A stretch of DNA of 64,000 bases from Candidatus Rokuibacteriota bacterium (GCA_003220495.1 QHSP01000023.1:31437-95436), one strand, 5' to 3'; shown: positions 44,611 to 55,663, counted from the stretch's first letter. Numbers and translations: made by a program. The notes: a model not told the origin generated them from the sequence alone.

Positions 44611-44639
44611 ACGCCCCGCCGGAACGTCCGGCGGGGCGT
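44611..44639 (-). terminator. Probable intrinsic terminator after the cytochrome c gene
   Basis: Perfect 13-bp inverted repeat ACGCCCCGCCGGA-acg-TCCGGCGGGGCGT with a weak U tail on the minus strand. Confidence 0.6.
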
Positions 44640-44661
44640 GTGGACATCTGAACGGGGTCGG

Positions 44662-45063
44662 TTACTTCCCCTTCAGGGTGCGAATGTAGTTCACGACCTC
44701 CCAGCGGTCCTTTTCCGGGAGGTGCTTCCACGGCGGCATCGCGCCGCGGCCGTTCGACATCTTCCAGAAGATCTCACCGTCGGTCTCCTTCTGGACGGCT
44801 TCGGAAGTCCAGTTCGCCGGCTTGGGCGGAGGCAACGCCGCGGCGGCCGGGCCGTCACCCTTGCCCCCGGGACCGTGGCACGAGACGCAGTTCGTCTCGA
44901 CCGTCTTCTTCGCGTTGCCGATACCCTTCACTGGATTCTTCACCGTCTTCGCTTCGGGCGGCGCCACCCAGGGCCCCTGGGCCGAGACCACCGCCGCGCC
45001 GGCCGAGACCACGAAAACAATCGCGGCAACGACGATGCTCAGCGACTTCTCGAACGCGCTCAT
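44662..45063 (-). CDS. Monoheme c-type cytochrome
   Basis: Signal peptide, CVSCH, distal GAMPPW; GGAGG RBS. Confidence 0.92.
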   Translation of the reverse strand: MSAFEKSLSIVVAAIVFVVSAGAAVVSAQGPWVAPPEAKTVKNPVKGIGNAKKTVETNCVSCHGPGGKGDGPAAAALPPPKPANWTSEAVQKETDGEIFWKMSNGRGAMPPWKHLPEKDRWEVVNYIRTLKGK

Positions 45064-45082
45064 GAAGCCTCCTCTCGTACGA

Positions 45083-45100
45083 TCGTGACCATGTTCACAA
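45083..45100 (-). promoter_or_regulatory. Rex- or CRP/FNR-family operator upstream of the cytochrome c gene
   Basis: TTGTGAACATGGTCACGA has 2 mismatches to Rex TTGTGAA-N4-TTCACAA and 1 mismatch to TGTGA-N6-TCACA. Confidence 0.55.
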
Positions 45101-45136
45101 AACGGAATCCATTTAACACTCCTACGACGAAAGAGG

Positions 45137-46675
45137 TCAAGCAGTTATTCGGCGGTTTCGCGCCGAGGCCAGCCAGCAGATCGCCGCGAGGGCGCCGTAG
45201 GCTCCGCCCAGATGGCCCGGGATCGCCGACGGCGGCGCCCATGGCCAGAAGAGCGCGCCGCTGATCAGTGGCGAATGGATCACGCCGAACATCGACGCGG
45301 CGCTCGCGACCGCGAAGAGGAGCCCCGCGAGCACCAATCGGTGGTCGATGATCGCCACCAGCGCCCAGCCCCAGAGCACGGCGGTGAGAATGAAGCCGTT
45401 GCCGAGCACGACGAGCGCCTGATAGCCCAGGGCGGCGTCGCCGCCGAGGGCGCTGGGAGCTGTGCCGAGGGCCGCGAGCAGGCCGCCCGTCTCGATCAGC
45501 ACCACCGCGGCCGCGACCGGCACGAAGGTCAGCGCGACCGCGGCGCCGTGGCGTGGCGGTGTCGCGAGGAAGCCCTGCGCGGTGATCTCGAGTCCGATGA
45601 AGACGAGGATCGGGGCGATGGCGGCCTCGGGGAGCAGCGCGACGAGGAGCGAGAGCACGCCCGTCGCGGCGCCGGCCCCGATCACGAGGCCCGTAGCCAC
45701 GGTGTACCCTGCGCACGCGCCCATCGCCTTGTAGGCCGGGTGGCCGATGTAGGGTGTGTTTTGCACGACACCGCCGCAGCAGCCGGCGAGCGCGGTCGCG
45801 GCGGCCTCGATCAGGAGGATGTCGCGCGTGCGGTACTCGTCACCGGCGGCCGCGGCGCTCTCGGTGTTGTCGATCCCGCCGATGATCGTGACGAGCGCGA
45901 ACGGCAGCGCCATCGAGAGATACGGCAATGTCTCCGGCAGCGCCTCGAGCCAGCCAAGGGTCGGCCAGGGCAGCGACAGACGGAGCGGAGCCACGGCGAT
46001 CGCCCCGCTCGGTCCCAGCCCGAGCGACGCGCGCCCCCAGAAGATCACGGTGCCCGCGAGGACCGCGACGAAGGCCCCGGGAAGCCCCAACGGCATCCGC
46101 ACGCGACCGAAAAGCGCGAGCAGCAGGAGAATCAGCGAGACCAGGCCGATCAGCGGATCGCGAAGGATCTTGAGCGTAGGGAGGAAGGCGATCAGGAGAA
46201 TCGAGATTCCGCCGATCGATCCGAGCAGCGCGGCGCGGGGCACGACGCGTCTGGCCCAGTCCCCGGCGAAGGCGAGGCCGAGCTTCGCCAGGCCGATGGC
46301 GATCGTCGCCGCCATGCCGACCTTCCACGCGAGCACCGGATTCCCGGTCGCGAGCATCACCGGACCGAGCACGCCGAACACCATCGCGAACAGGGTCGGC
46401 GTGTCGATCCCAAACGGCATCGCGGTCACGTCCTCGCGTCCCGTCCGGCGCATGAGTCGCACCGCGAGCCACGTGTAGGCCAGATCGCCGAGGAGCACGC
46501 CGAGCGCCGTCCCCGGGACCATTCGCTGGAGCACCAGGTCGACGGGGAACTTGAAGACGCCGATCAGGAGCGACGAGAGGATGACGAGCTGCGTGACGTT
46601 GTCGAGGGCGAGACCGAGGAACCCGTTGAGGTCCCCCGGCCGGATCCAGCGCGGGGTGCTAGAGCTTGCGGACGT
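45137..46675 (-). CDS. NCS2/xanthine-uracil permease-like transporter (start uncertain; ACG at 46675 proposed)
   Basis: Many TM helices; WIRPGDLNGFLGLALDN, AMPFGIDTP, NTESAAAAGDEY, PYIGHPAYKAMG. Confidence 0.8.
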   Translation of the reverse strand, partial: TSASSSTPRWIRPGDLNGFLGLALDNVTQLVILSSLLIGVFKFPVDLVLQRMVPGTALGVLLGDLAYTWLAVRLMRRTGREDVTAMPFGIDTPTLFAMVFGVLGPVMLATGNPVLAWKVGMAATIAIGLAKLGLAFAGDWARRVVPRAALLGSIGGISILLIAFLPTLKILRDPLIGLVSLILLLLALFGRVRMPLGLPGAFVAVLAGTVIFWGRASLGLGPSGAIAVAPLRLSLPWPTLGWLEALPETLPYLSMALPFALVTIIGGIDNTESAAAAGDEYRTRDILLIEAAATALAGCCGGVVQNTPYIGHPAYKAMGACAGYTVATGLVIGAGAATGVLSLLVALLPEAAIAPILVFIGLEITAQGFLATPPRHGAAVALTFVPVAAAVVLIETGGLLAALGTAPSALGGDAALGYQALVVLGNGFILTAVLWGWALVAIIDHRLVLAGLLFAVASAASMFGVIHSPLISGALFWPWAPPSAIPGHLGGAYGALAAICWLASARNRRITA

Positions 46676-46967
46676 CGGCGGTCCCCCGATGGGCGCTCAT
46701 CAGCTCGAGGGCGGAGCGCTTGGTCCGTTCGGCGAGGGCCGAGCACCACGCGAGGCTCCCGCGATTGTCGGCGACGTCGCGGAACTCGAACTCCATGGTC
46801 GGGCCGAGGTGGTGGAGGAACCTCAATCGCGCGCCGTACGACTTTCCTTCACGCTCGTCGTCGGCGTCCAGCTCGACCTCGAAGCGCGGATCGACGCGCT
46901 TGGCGTGCGCGGTCAGGAAATTCCAGAGCCAGCGAGCGACTTCCGGGTAGGTTCCGCCCGAGAACAC
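46659..46967 (-). CDS. Hypothetical protein (102 aa)
   Basis: Protein-like composition; TG-n-TAGAAT 7 nt before GTG; overlaps the permease start. Confidence 0.7.
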   Translation of the reverse strand: MFSGGTYPEVARWLWNFLTAHAKRVDPRFEVELDADDEREGKSYGARLRFLHHLGPTMEFEFRDVADNRGSLAWCSALAERTKRSALELMSAHRGTADVRKL

Positions 46968-47048
46968 GCCGGCAATTCTAACAGGGGTGCGCGCCGTGGG
47001 TCGTCGCGGGGCTGGGGCCCCGCCGGCCGAGGCGCGCCTCTGAATCCT

Positions 47049-47073
47049 GGAGGGGCCGGCCGCCGGCCCCTCC
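47049..47073 (-). terminator. GC hairpin downstream of nrdJ
   Basis: GGAGGGGCCGG-ccg-CCGGCCCCTCC, 11 nt after the stop; no U tract. Confidence 0.5.
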
Positions 47074-47084
47074 GTCTCGATCGA

Positions 47085-49376
47085 TCAGCACTCGTTGAAG
47101 CCGCACGAGAGGCACTTCTTGCAGCCTTCCTCGTAGACGAACGTCGCCTGGCCGCACTCCTTGCAGAGGTCCCCGATCTGCTTTCGCGTATCGACGGCCG
47201 CCTGGGCCTCCGGCGCCGCCTTCAGCTCGCCGATGTGCTCGGCGAGGGTCCGCGAGAGCGCGTCCGGAAGCGAGAGAATCTTGGTGGGGCCGAAGCCGGT
47301 CGGCTGGCCGCCTCCGATTCGAGCGAGCTGGCTGATGACCTCCTCGAGCCGACGCTGAGCCGAGAACGGTGAAGGTAGCCTCAGGATGAGCGAAATCAAA
47401 CGCCCCAGGGCTTCCGCGACGGCCATCGTGTCCGAGCCGCCCTTGCCGACCTGGACGAAGACTTCGAAGGGCTCGTGCTCGTTGTTCTCGGTGATGGTGA
47501 TCCACGCCGTCCCGATCGGTGTCTCGGTCCGATAGGTCGAGCCCTTGAGGCCGCGGGGGCGTGGCTTGATGACGGCCGGCCCCGTCGATGCGGCGACGGC
47601 CGGGCTCTTGTCCTTCTTGGCCGAGACGCCGATGTTCAGGACCTGCTCGCCCTTGCACCCGTCGCGGAACACCGTGATGCCCAGGCACCCCAGCTCCCAC
47701 GCGAGGCGGTAGGCGCGCGCCACGTCTTCCTCGGTCGCGTTGTTCGGCAGGTTGATCGTCTTCGAGACGCCGTTGTCGGTGGAGCGCTGGAACGCGGCCT
47801 GATGCCGCACGTGCCACTCGAAGCCGATCTCGTGCGAGGTCTTGAACACGGTCGCCGCGTGCTCCGAGAGGCCGCGGATCCCGTGGAGCGAGCCGCGCTT
47901 GGCGATCTCCTGCATGAGCGCGTCCGAGTAGAACCCCTGCTCCTTCGCGAGCCGCTCGAAGGTCTCGTTCACGAAGGTCAGGACGCGTTCGCCATCCGGC
48001 TGCTTCACGCGATGCTCGAAGGCCAGCGCGAAGATCGGCTCGACGCCGGACGAGCAGCCGGCGATCATCGAGATCGTCCCGGTCGGGGCGATCGTCGTGA
48101 CCGTCGAGTTGCGCATCGGCCGGTCGTTGCGGTAGATCGACCGATCCCAGTTCGTGAAGGGACCGCGCTCTTCGGCCAGCTTCGCCGACTGGTCGTGTGA
48201 CTTTTCCTTGACGAACGTCATCAGCCGGTCGGCGAGGTCGATCGCGTCCTGCGAGTCGTACGGAATCCCCATCGTGAAGAGGAGATCGGCCCAGCCCATG
48301 ATGCCCAGGCCGATCCGACGATTGGCCTTGACGGTCGCGTCGATCACCGGCAGCGGATACGGGTTCATCTCGATCACGTCGTCGAGGAAGCGCACCGCGA
48401 GGCGCACGACGCGTTCCATCTCGTCCCAGTCGACCGACCACTCGCCCGCGTCGCTCCGGCGGGCGAACTTCGAGACGTTGAGCGAGCCGAGATTGCACGC
48501 CTCGTTGGGCAGCAGCGGCTGCTCGCCGCACGGGTTGGTCGCCTCGACCACCCCGATCGCCGGTGTGGGATTCGCCGGGCTCGCGTTGATCCGGTCGATG
48601 AACACCATGCCCGGATCACCGGTGCGCCAGGCGGCCCGAACCATGCGGTCGAAGACCTCCTTCGCCAGGAGTCGGCCCGTGACCGCTACGCTGTGCGGAT
48701 TGATCAGCTCGTACTCACCGCCCGAGGCGAGCGCGTCCATGAAGCGGTCGGTCGCCGCCACCGAGATGTTGAAGTTGGTGATGCCGCCATCGAGCTTGCA
48801 GTCGATGAACTCGAGGATGTCCGGGTGGTCGACCCGGAGGATCCCCATGTTCGCGCCTCGACGCGTTCCACCCTGCTTCACCGCCTCGGTGGCGCTGTTG
48901 AAGACGCGCAGAAAGGACACCGGGCCCGACGCGCGGCCGCCGGTCGAGGCGACGATGTCATCCTTTGGGCGCAGCCGCGAGAACGCGAAGCCGGTTCCAC
49001 CGCCCGACTTGTGGATGATCGCCGCGGCCTTCACCGAGTCGAAGATCTCTTCCATCGAGTCGCCGACCGGCAGGACATAGCACGCGGAGTACTGAAGGCC
49101 GTTTCCCTTGCCGGCGTTCATGAGGGTTGGCGAGTTCGGCAGGAAGTTCCCCTCGATCATGATGTCGTAGAACGCCTCGGCGATCTCCCTGACCGCGGCC
49201 TCGCTCCGCCCGTATCGCGCCTCACCGCGCGCGATGGTGAGCGCGACCCGCCAGCACATCTCCTCCGGGGTCTCGACCACCTCGCCCCCCTGCCTGGTCA
49301 GATAGCGCTCCCGCAGAACCCGCAACGCAGGCTCGGTCCACTTCCCGACTTTCGCTGGGCGAGTCTCAGACAGCAT
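47085..49376 (-). CDS. nrdJ: Vitamin B12-dependent (class II) ribonucleotide reductase
   Basis: PNSPTLMNAG, SACYV, TNPCGEQ, ACNLGS, TIAPTGT, C-terminal TSCPD-like domain with Cys cluster; no adjacent beta subunit; GGAGGAGG RBS. Confidence 0.92.
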   Translation of the reverse strand: MLSETRPAKVGKWTEPALRVLRERYLTRQGGEVVETPEEMCWRVALTIARGEARYGRSEAAVREIAEAFYDIMIEGNFLPNSPTLMNAGKGNGLQYSACYVLPVGDSMEEIFDSVKAAAIIHKSGGGTGFAFSRLRPKDDIVASTGGRASGPVSFLRVFNSATEAVKQGGTRRGANMGILRVDHPDILEFIDCKLDGGITNFNISVAATDRFMDALASGGEYELINPHSVAVTGRLLAKEVFDRMVRAAWRTGDPGMVFIDRINASPANPTPAIGVVEATNPCGEQPLLPNEACNLGSLNVSKFARRSDAGEWSVDWDEMERVVRLAVRFLDDVIEMNPYPLPVIDATVKANRRIGLGIMGWADLLFTMGIPYDSQDAIDLADRLMTFVKEKSHDQSAKLAEERGPFTNWDRSIYRNDRPMRNSTVTTIAPTGTISMIAGCSSGVEPIFALAFEHRVKQPDGERVLTFVNETFERLAKEQGFYSDALMQEIAKRGSLHGIRGLSEHAATVFKTSHEIGFEWHVRHQAAFQRSTDNGVSKTINLPNNATEEDVARAYRLAWELGCLGITVFRDGCKGEQVLNIGVSAKKDKSPAVAASTGPAVIKPRPRGLKGSTYRTETPIGTAWITITENNEHEPFEVFVQVGKGGSDTMAVAEALGRLISLILRLPSPFSAQRRLEEVISQLARIGGGQPTGFGPTKILSLPDALSRTLAEHIGELKAAPEAQAAVDTRKQIGDLCKECGQATFVYEEGCKKCLSCGFNEC

Positions 49377-49418
49377 GCCGGACCTCCTCCTCAATGATAA
49401 CGACAGAATCCTACGGGG

Positions 49419-49466
49419 TCACTACATCTTGTGGTGTCCGCGAATCTAGCACGCTGAATCTAGGGG
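49419..49466. promoter_or_regulatory. Tandem NrdR boxes
   Basis: TCACTACATCTTGTGG (49419-49434) and the weaker ACGCTGAATCTAGGGG (49451-49466), 32 bp apart, upstream of nrdJ. Confidence 0.75.
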
Positions 49467-49568
49467 CCGTCAAGAAAAAACGTATCCACCGTGCATCCAC
49501 CGGCTGTCCACCGACGAGCGTGCGCGGCGCCCAACGCCGCCCACACCGCGTGGTATTCTTTTGTGCCC

Positions 49569-50939
49569 ATGTCCAGCCCTCGTATGCTCGCGGCGCCAAC
49601 CTCGATCGCTTTCCTCGTTTCCATCGTCTTGACGAGCGCCGCGGGTGCCCAGGCGCCGGCACCTCCCGCGGCTCCTGCACCGGTTCCGGCGCCGGCGCCT
49701 CCGTCGACGCAGGTCGCGGGCCGCGTCTTGACGCTCGAGGAATGCATCGCGATCGCGCTCGAAGCTCAGCCGCGAATCCAGGCGACGCTCGCCGATTATG
49801 CCGCGGCGCGCTATCGGGTGAATCAGGCCTTCGCGCCGCTGCTGCCCCAGTTCTCCGGACTCGTCAGCGCGACCAAGAGCAACATCCCGACCGTCACCAC
49901 CACCGGCTCGGGCGCGAACATAGGCTCCGTGCAGACGCGGGCGTTCGGCGATACGTTCCTCGCCCAGGTCCAGCTCTCGCAGCTCCTCTTCGACTTCGGC
50001 AAGAATCTGGCGGCCACCGACGCGGCGCGGAAGCTCGCCGAGGTCGCGGTCGAAGACGTCGAGCTGCAGCGCCAGCTGATCTCGTTGACAGTGAAAGAGG
50101 CGTACACGAACACGCTCTTCAGCCAGCGTCTCATTCGCGTGCAGGAGCAGGCGGTCGAGCGCGCCGAGCTGAACCTTCGATCCGCGAGGGGCTTCTTCGA
50201 CGTAGGCACGCGTCCCAAATCCGACGTCGCGCGCGCCGAAGTCGACGTGGCCAACGCGCGCGTCGACCTGATCCGGGCCCGGAACGCCCTGCGCACGGCG
50301 ATCGTCGCACTCAACATCGCGATGGCGATCGACGTCGATTCGCCGACCCAGATCGTCGACAACCTGATCTACCAGCCGGTGACCTTGGACCGCCAGCTGC
50401 TCCGGGCCGATTCGCTGCGCCAGCGCCCCGAGTACCGGCAAGCCAAGCTGCGCGCGGCCGCGGCCGAGGCCCTGGAGCGGCAGACCTTCCGCAATTTCTT
50501 TCCGGATGTCACGGGCAGCGGCGCCTACGGTGGCGCGCAGCCTCAGTTCAACGAGTCATGGTCGGCCACCCTGTCTCTGAACTGGTCCCTCTTCGACGGA
50601 GGAAACCGGATCGCGCGTTATCAGGAAGCCAAGGCGAACGTCGAGGGCGCGAGAGCGCGGGTGAAGTCCACCGAGCTCGACATCGTGCAGAACCTCGAGC
50701 AGGCCGAGATCGCCGTCGAGGAAGCCCAGGAGCGGATCCAGGCGGCCCAGACCCTCGTGGCCTCGGCCCAGGAAAATTTCCGGCTCGCCCAGGGTCGATT
50801 CGACGCCGGCGTCGGAACGATCCTCGAGCTCACCGACGCTCAGCTGGCCCTCACCCAGGCCCAGAACACCGAGAGCCAGGCCCTGGCGGACTACCGGATC
50901 GCCCTCGCGAGGCTGGATCGTGCCGTCGGTCGCCGCTGA
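49569..50939 (+). CDS. TolC family outer membrane efflux protein
   Basis: Signal peptide, Pro-rich linker, LTLEECIAIAL, LFDFGK, LFDGG, RFDAGVGTILELTDAQ. Confidence 0.92.
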   Translation: MSSPRMLAAPTSIAFLVSIVLTSAAGAQAPAPPAAPAPVPAPAPPSTQVAGRVLTLEECIAIALEAQPRIQATLADYAAARYRVNQAFAPLLPQFSGLVSATKSNIPTVTTTGSGANIGSVQTRAFGDTFLAQVQLSQLLFDFGKNLAATDAARKLAEVAVEDVELQRQLISLTVKEAYTNTLFSQRLIRVQEQAVERAELNLRSARGFFDVGTRPKSDVARAEVDVANARVDLIRARNALRTAIVALNIAMAIDVDSPTQIVDNLIYQPVTLDRQLLRADSLRQRPEYRQAKLRAAAAEALERQTFRNFFPDVTGSGAYGGAQPQFNESWSATLSLNWSLFDGGNRIARYQEAKANVEGARARVKSTELDIVQNLEQAEIAVEEAQERIQAAQTLVASAQENFRLAQGRFDAGVGTILELTDAQLALTQAQNTESQALADYRIALARLDRAVGRR

Positions 50940-50981
50940 TCCCGAGGAAACGGTTCGCCCGCGACTGCGTCTAACAAGTTG

Positions 50982-52628
50982 ATGAAGCGGGTCGTTTCTC
51001 TCGTCGTCGTCGCCGTGGTGGTCGGCGGCGCGGTTTGGGGCTACCTCTACGCTCAGAGCCGCGGCAACGTGCCCAAGTACCGCCTGGTCCGCGTCGAGCG
51101 CGGCCCGCTCACTGCGGCGGTCTCCGCGACGGGCAATCTCAACGCCGTCATCACGGTCCAGGTCGGCAGCCAGGTGTCCGGTCAGATCAAAGAGCTCATG
51201 GTCGATTTCAATTCGATCGTGAAGAAGAACCAGGTCATCGCGCGGATCGACCCGGACATCTTCGTGGCGAAGGTCAACCAGGCGAAGGCCGATCTCGACT
51301 CAGCCCGCGCGACCGTGCTCAACCAGGAAGCCCAGATCGAGCGGGCGCGCGCCGATGTCGAGAACGCCCGGGCGGCGCTGGCCGAGTCGAAGGCCCAGAC
51401 CGCGAAGGCGCAGGTCGCGGTGGTCGACGCCAAGCGCGACTTCGACCGCAAGACCGAGCTGTTCGCCAGGAGGCTCATCGCCCGGAGCGATCTCGACTCG
51501 TCCCAGGCCGGCCACGACTCCGCCATCGCCCAGGTCGAGTCGGCCAAGGCGCACGAGCAGGCGCTCGATTCCGCCATCCAGTCGGCGATCGCGCAGCTCC
51601 GCGTCGCCCAGGCCATGCTGGTGTCGGCGCGCGCGCAGGTCGATCAGAAGAACGCCGGCCTCAAGCAGGCGCAGGTCGATCTCGATCACACGACGATCCT
51701 GGCGCCGGTCGACGGCGTCGTCGTGTCGCGGCAGGTCGACGTCGGCCAGACCGTCGCGGCGAGCCTGCAGGCGCCGATCCTCTTCACGATCGCCCAGGAC
51801 CTGACGAAGATGCAGGTCGAGACGAGCGTGGACGAGGCGGACATCGGCCGCCTCAAGCTCGAGGATCGGGCAAGCTTCACGGTCGACGCGTTTCCCGGCG
51901 AGACGTTCGCGGGCATCGTGACGCAGATCCGCAAGGCTCCGCAGGTGGTCCAGAACGTCGTGACCTACACGGTCATCGTGGGCGTCGAGAACCCGTCGGG
52001 ACGGCTGATGCCCGGGATGACGGCCAACGTCAAGCTCGTCGTCGCTGAGAAGCCGAGCGCCCTCAAGGTGCCGAACGCGGCGCTCCGGTTCCGACCGGCC
52101 GGCGTCGACGCGCCGGCGCCCGCCGGGCCGGCATCGGGTGGCGCGGCGGGCGGTGCGGCGAGCAGTGGACCGCCCTCGGCCGAACAGATTCGCGAGCGTC
52201 TCGTCAAGGGGCTCGGCCTGACCGAGGAGCAGCAGAAGAAGCTCGAGCCGATCCTCCAGGATAGTCGCGAGCAGCTCCGCGCGCTTCAGGGCCTTGCCGA
52301 CGCCGAGCGCCGGCCGAAGGCGCAGAAGATCCGCGAAGCCCAGCGCGCGCGCATCCGCGAGTTCCTCACCGACGAGCAGAAGGCGCGCTACGACGAGATG
52401 ACCGCGACGGCCGGCGAGGTGCGCAGCGGCACCGCCGGACGTGTCTGGGTCCTCGGACCCGACGGCAAGCCGGCAGCGGTCACGCTCACGCTCGGGCTGA
52501 GCGACGGCGCGTCGACGGAAGTGCTCCGGGGCGACGTGCGCGAAGGCCAGGAAGTCATCGTCGGGTCCGCGGGCGCTGGCGGTCGCGGCGCCCAGCCCAC
52601 GCAGGGCGCGCCGCGTCTCAGGCTCTAG
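50982..52628 (+). CDS. MacA-like periplasmic adaptor with inserted helical domain
   Basis: [43 protein letters not shown]. Confidence 0.9.
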   Translation: MKRVVSLVVVAVVVGGAVWGYLYAQSRGNVPKYRLVRVERGPLTAAVSATGNLNAVITVQVGSQVSGQIKELMVDFNSIVKKNQVIARIDPDIFVAKVNQAKADLDSARATVLNQEAQIERARADVENARAALAESKAQTAKAQVAVVDAKRDFDRKTELFARRLIARSDLDSSQAGHDSAIAQVESAKAHEQALDSAIQSAIAQLRVAQAMLVSARAQVDQKNAGLKQAQVDLDHTTILAPVDGVVVSRQVDVGQTVAASLQAPILFTIAQDLTKMQVETSVDEADIGRLKLEDRASFTVDAFPGETFAGIVTQIRKAPQVVQNVVTYTVIVGVENPSGRLMPGMTANVKLVVAEKPSALKVPNAALRFRPAGVDAPAPAGPASGGAAGGAASSGPPSAEQIRERLVKGLGLTEEQQKKLEPILQDSREQLRALQGLADAERRPKAQKIREAQRARIREFLTDEQKARYDEMTATAGEVRSGTAGRVWVLGPDGKPAAVTLTLGLSDGASTEVLRGDVREGQEVIVGSAGAGGRGAQPTQGAPRLRL

Positions 52629-52630
52629 CC

Positions 52631-53376
<746 letters not shown>

Positions 53377-53380
<4 letters not shown>

Positions 53381-54609
53381 ACGTCTGGCAGAGCGTCCGC
53401 ATCGCGGGCCGGGCCCTCCGGGTCAACAAGCTCCGGAGCGCCCTGACGATGCTCGGCATCATCATCGGCGTCAGCGCGGTGATCGCCATGGTGGGCGTGG
53501 GGTCCGGCGCTCAGGCCCGCGTCGCCGAGCAGATCCAGAGCCTCGGGTCGAATCTGATCATCGTGCTGTCCGGCAGCACGAACAGCGCTGGCGTGCGGCT
53601 GGGCATGGGGAGCCAGCTCACGATCTCGGAGGACGACGCCATGGCGATCGCCCGCGAGGTTGCGAGCGTGCAGGCGGCGGCGCCCTCGGTGCGCGGCAAC
53701 GCGCAGGTCGTCTACGGCAACCTCAACTGGGCCACGCAGATCCAGGGCGTCACGCCGCCGTACTTCGAGGCGCGCGACTGGCCCGTCGACGAAGGACGGC
53801 CGGTGTTCCAGGAGGACGTGGACGGAGCCACCAAGGTCGCCCTTCTCGGCCAGACCACCGCCTTCAACCTCTTCGGCGAGTCGGACCCCCTCGGGCAGAT
53901 CATCCGGATCAAGAAGGTTCCGTTCACGGTGATCGGCGTTCTGTCGCGCAAGGGACAGAACTCCTGGGGACAGGATCAGGACGACCTCATTCTCGTCCCG
54001 CTGTCGACCGCGAAGAAGAAAGTCCTCGGCGTCAGCCAGGCCAACGCGCGCGCGGTCGGCTCGATCTCCGTCAAGGTCCGCCCCGGCGAGGACATGACCG
54101 AGGCCGAGGACCAGATCCGCGGGCTCCTTCGCCAGCGCCATCGCCTCCAGCCGTTCCAGGACGACGACTTCTGGCTGCGGAATCTCTCCGAGATCCTCCA
54201 GACCCAGGAGGAATCGTCGCGCGTGATGACCTATCTGCTGGCGGCGATCGCGTCGGTGTCCTTGCTCGTGGGCGGCATCGGCATCATGAACATCATGCTG
54301 GTGTCGGTCACCGAGCGCACACGCGAGATCGGTCTGCGCATGGCGGTCGGCGCCCGCCGGCGCCACATCCTGCTCCAGTTCCTGATCGAGGCCATCACGC
54401 TCTCGCTGATCGGCGGCATCGTCGGCATCGCGCTCGGCGTCGCCGGCTCCGAGGCGATCAGCTACTTCGCCGAGTGGCGCACCCTGGTCGCCCCCGAATC
54501 GATCCTGATCGCGTTCGGCTTCGCCGCGGCGATCGGGATCTTCTTCGGCTTCTACCCGGCGCGCAAAGCCTCGCGCCTCGACCCGATCGAAGCGCTGCGC
54601 TACGAATAG
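53377..54609 (+). CDS. MacB/FtsX-type ABC permease
   Basis: [42 protein letters not shown]. Confidence 0.93.
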
Positions 54610-54659
54610 TCGCCGTAGAATGGGGCGCCGCGCGCGCCTCCTGCTATTTTGGAGGAGCG

Positions 54660-55226
54660 ATGGCCCGTGCGCGCCGGCGCCGCCGGAAGACGAAGACCCG
54701 ATCGGCCTCCAGAATCGTCCGTCGCGTCCCGGCCGGCGAGGCCCCGGCCAAGCGACGGCCTGCGGCGCGCCCCACTCGTACGCACGCCTCGGCCGCCGGG
54801 GCCGCGCGCACGACGCGTCGAATCCCCTTCGCGATCCCCCGGCCTTCGCGCGCCGAGACCCTTCTACTGACCCTCGCGAAAGATCTGGCCGATGTGCCGC
54901 TGGACCGTGCTCTTCGGCGAATCGCCGATGCGTTCATGCCGGGCTCCGAGCTGCCCCGCGAGGTGTTCAACGCCTGGATCAAGACCCGGCAGGAGAAGAC
55001 GGCGTTGCTGGCCCTGAGCTGGGCGCGCGAGCAGGTCCGGCTGAGCCTCGAGGAGACGCTCGTTCGCTCGTCGAGAGGACGCCCGCCGCTCGGAGTGGCG
55101 CCGGCCACCCTGGCGTGGCTCCTCCTCGCCGCCTGCGAGGCGATGGCCTACGAGCCGCCGTCCGCGGTCGCCGACCGTCTCCGCACCGTGCTCGAGCTCA
55201 GCGGTCACGCCGCGTCGAGCGGCTGA
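54660..55226 (+). CDS. Hypothetical protein with Arg-rich N-terminus and helical C-terminal domain
   Basis: GGAGGAG RBS before ATG; ordered helical C-terminal half. Confidence 0.6.
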   Translation: MARARRRRRKTKTRSASRIVRRVPAGEAPAKRRPAARPTRTHASAAGAARTTRRIPFAIPRPSRAETLLLTLAKDLADVPLDRALRRIADAFMPGSELPREVFNAWIKTRQEKTALLALSWAREQVRLSLEETLVRSSRGRPPLGVAPATLAWLLLAACEAMAYEPPSAVADRLRTVLELSGHAASSG

Positions 55227-55653
55227 ACGTCTCGAGCAGCAGCAGCGCCGCGCCGGCGAGCAAGGTGAGGCCGTTGAGCTGGACGGACGTGCGATGCGCG
55301 AGCGCGAACGCGCGGTCGTCGCGCACCTGCCGCGCCGATTCGGCGCGCGGCAGGATCACGATCGAGGCCCACAGCAAGAGGCAGAGCATCAGCCCGCAGA
55401 GCCCGACGCCGGCGAGCGCGCGGCCGCGCGGCCTCCGACCCGACACGGCCTGGACCGCCGAGGCGGTCGCCGCGATCGCGCAGAGGACCACGCCCCAGTC
55501 GTAGTAACGCGGCAGCACCGCGGCGACCAGCTGACCGGCGACGGTGCGGTCGATCACGCGGAAGGCGAGCGGCGCGACCGCGAACGAGAAGAACGCGCTG
55601 ATCGCGAGCCAGCCGGCGATGCAGACGAGGGCGAGTGTTCGCAGGATATCCAT
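55198..55653 (-). CDS. DUF4149/TMEM205-like membrane protein
   Basis: 4 TM helices, FAVAPLAF, AGQLVAAVLPRYY, FALAHRTSVQLN; GGAGG RBS. Confidence 0.8.
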   Translation of the reverse strand: MDILRTLALVCIAGWLAISAFFSFAVAPLAFRVIDRTVAGQLVAAVLPRYYDWGVVLCAIAATASAVQAVSGRRPRGRALAGVGLCGLMLCLLLWASIVILPRAESARQVRDDRAFALAHRTSVQLNGLTLLAGAALLLLETFSRSTRRDR

Positions 55654-55663
55654 CGGGCCTCCC

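Noticed and set aside
47085-49376. Intein or intron in nrdJ
   Set aside because: The motifs are contiguous and the length is normal; no splicing signatures.
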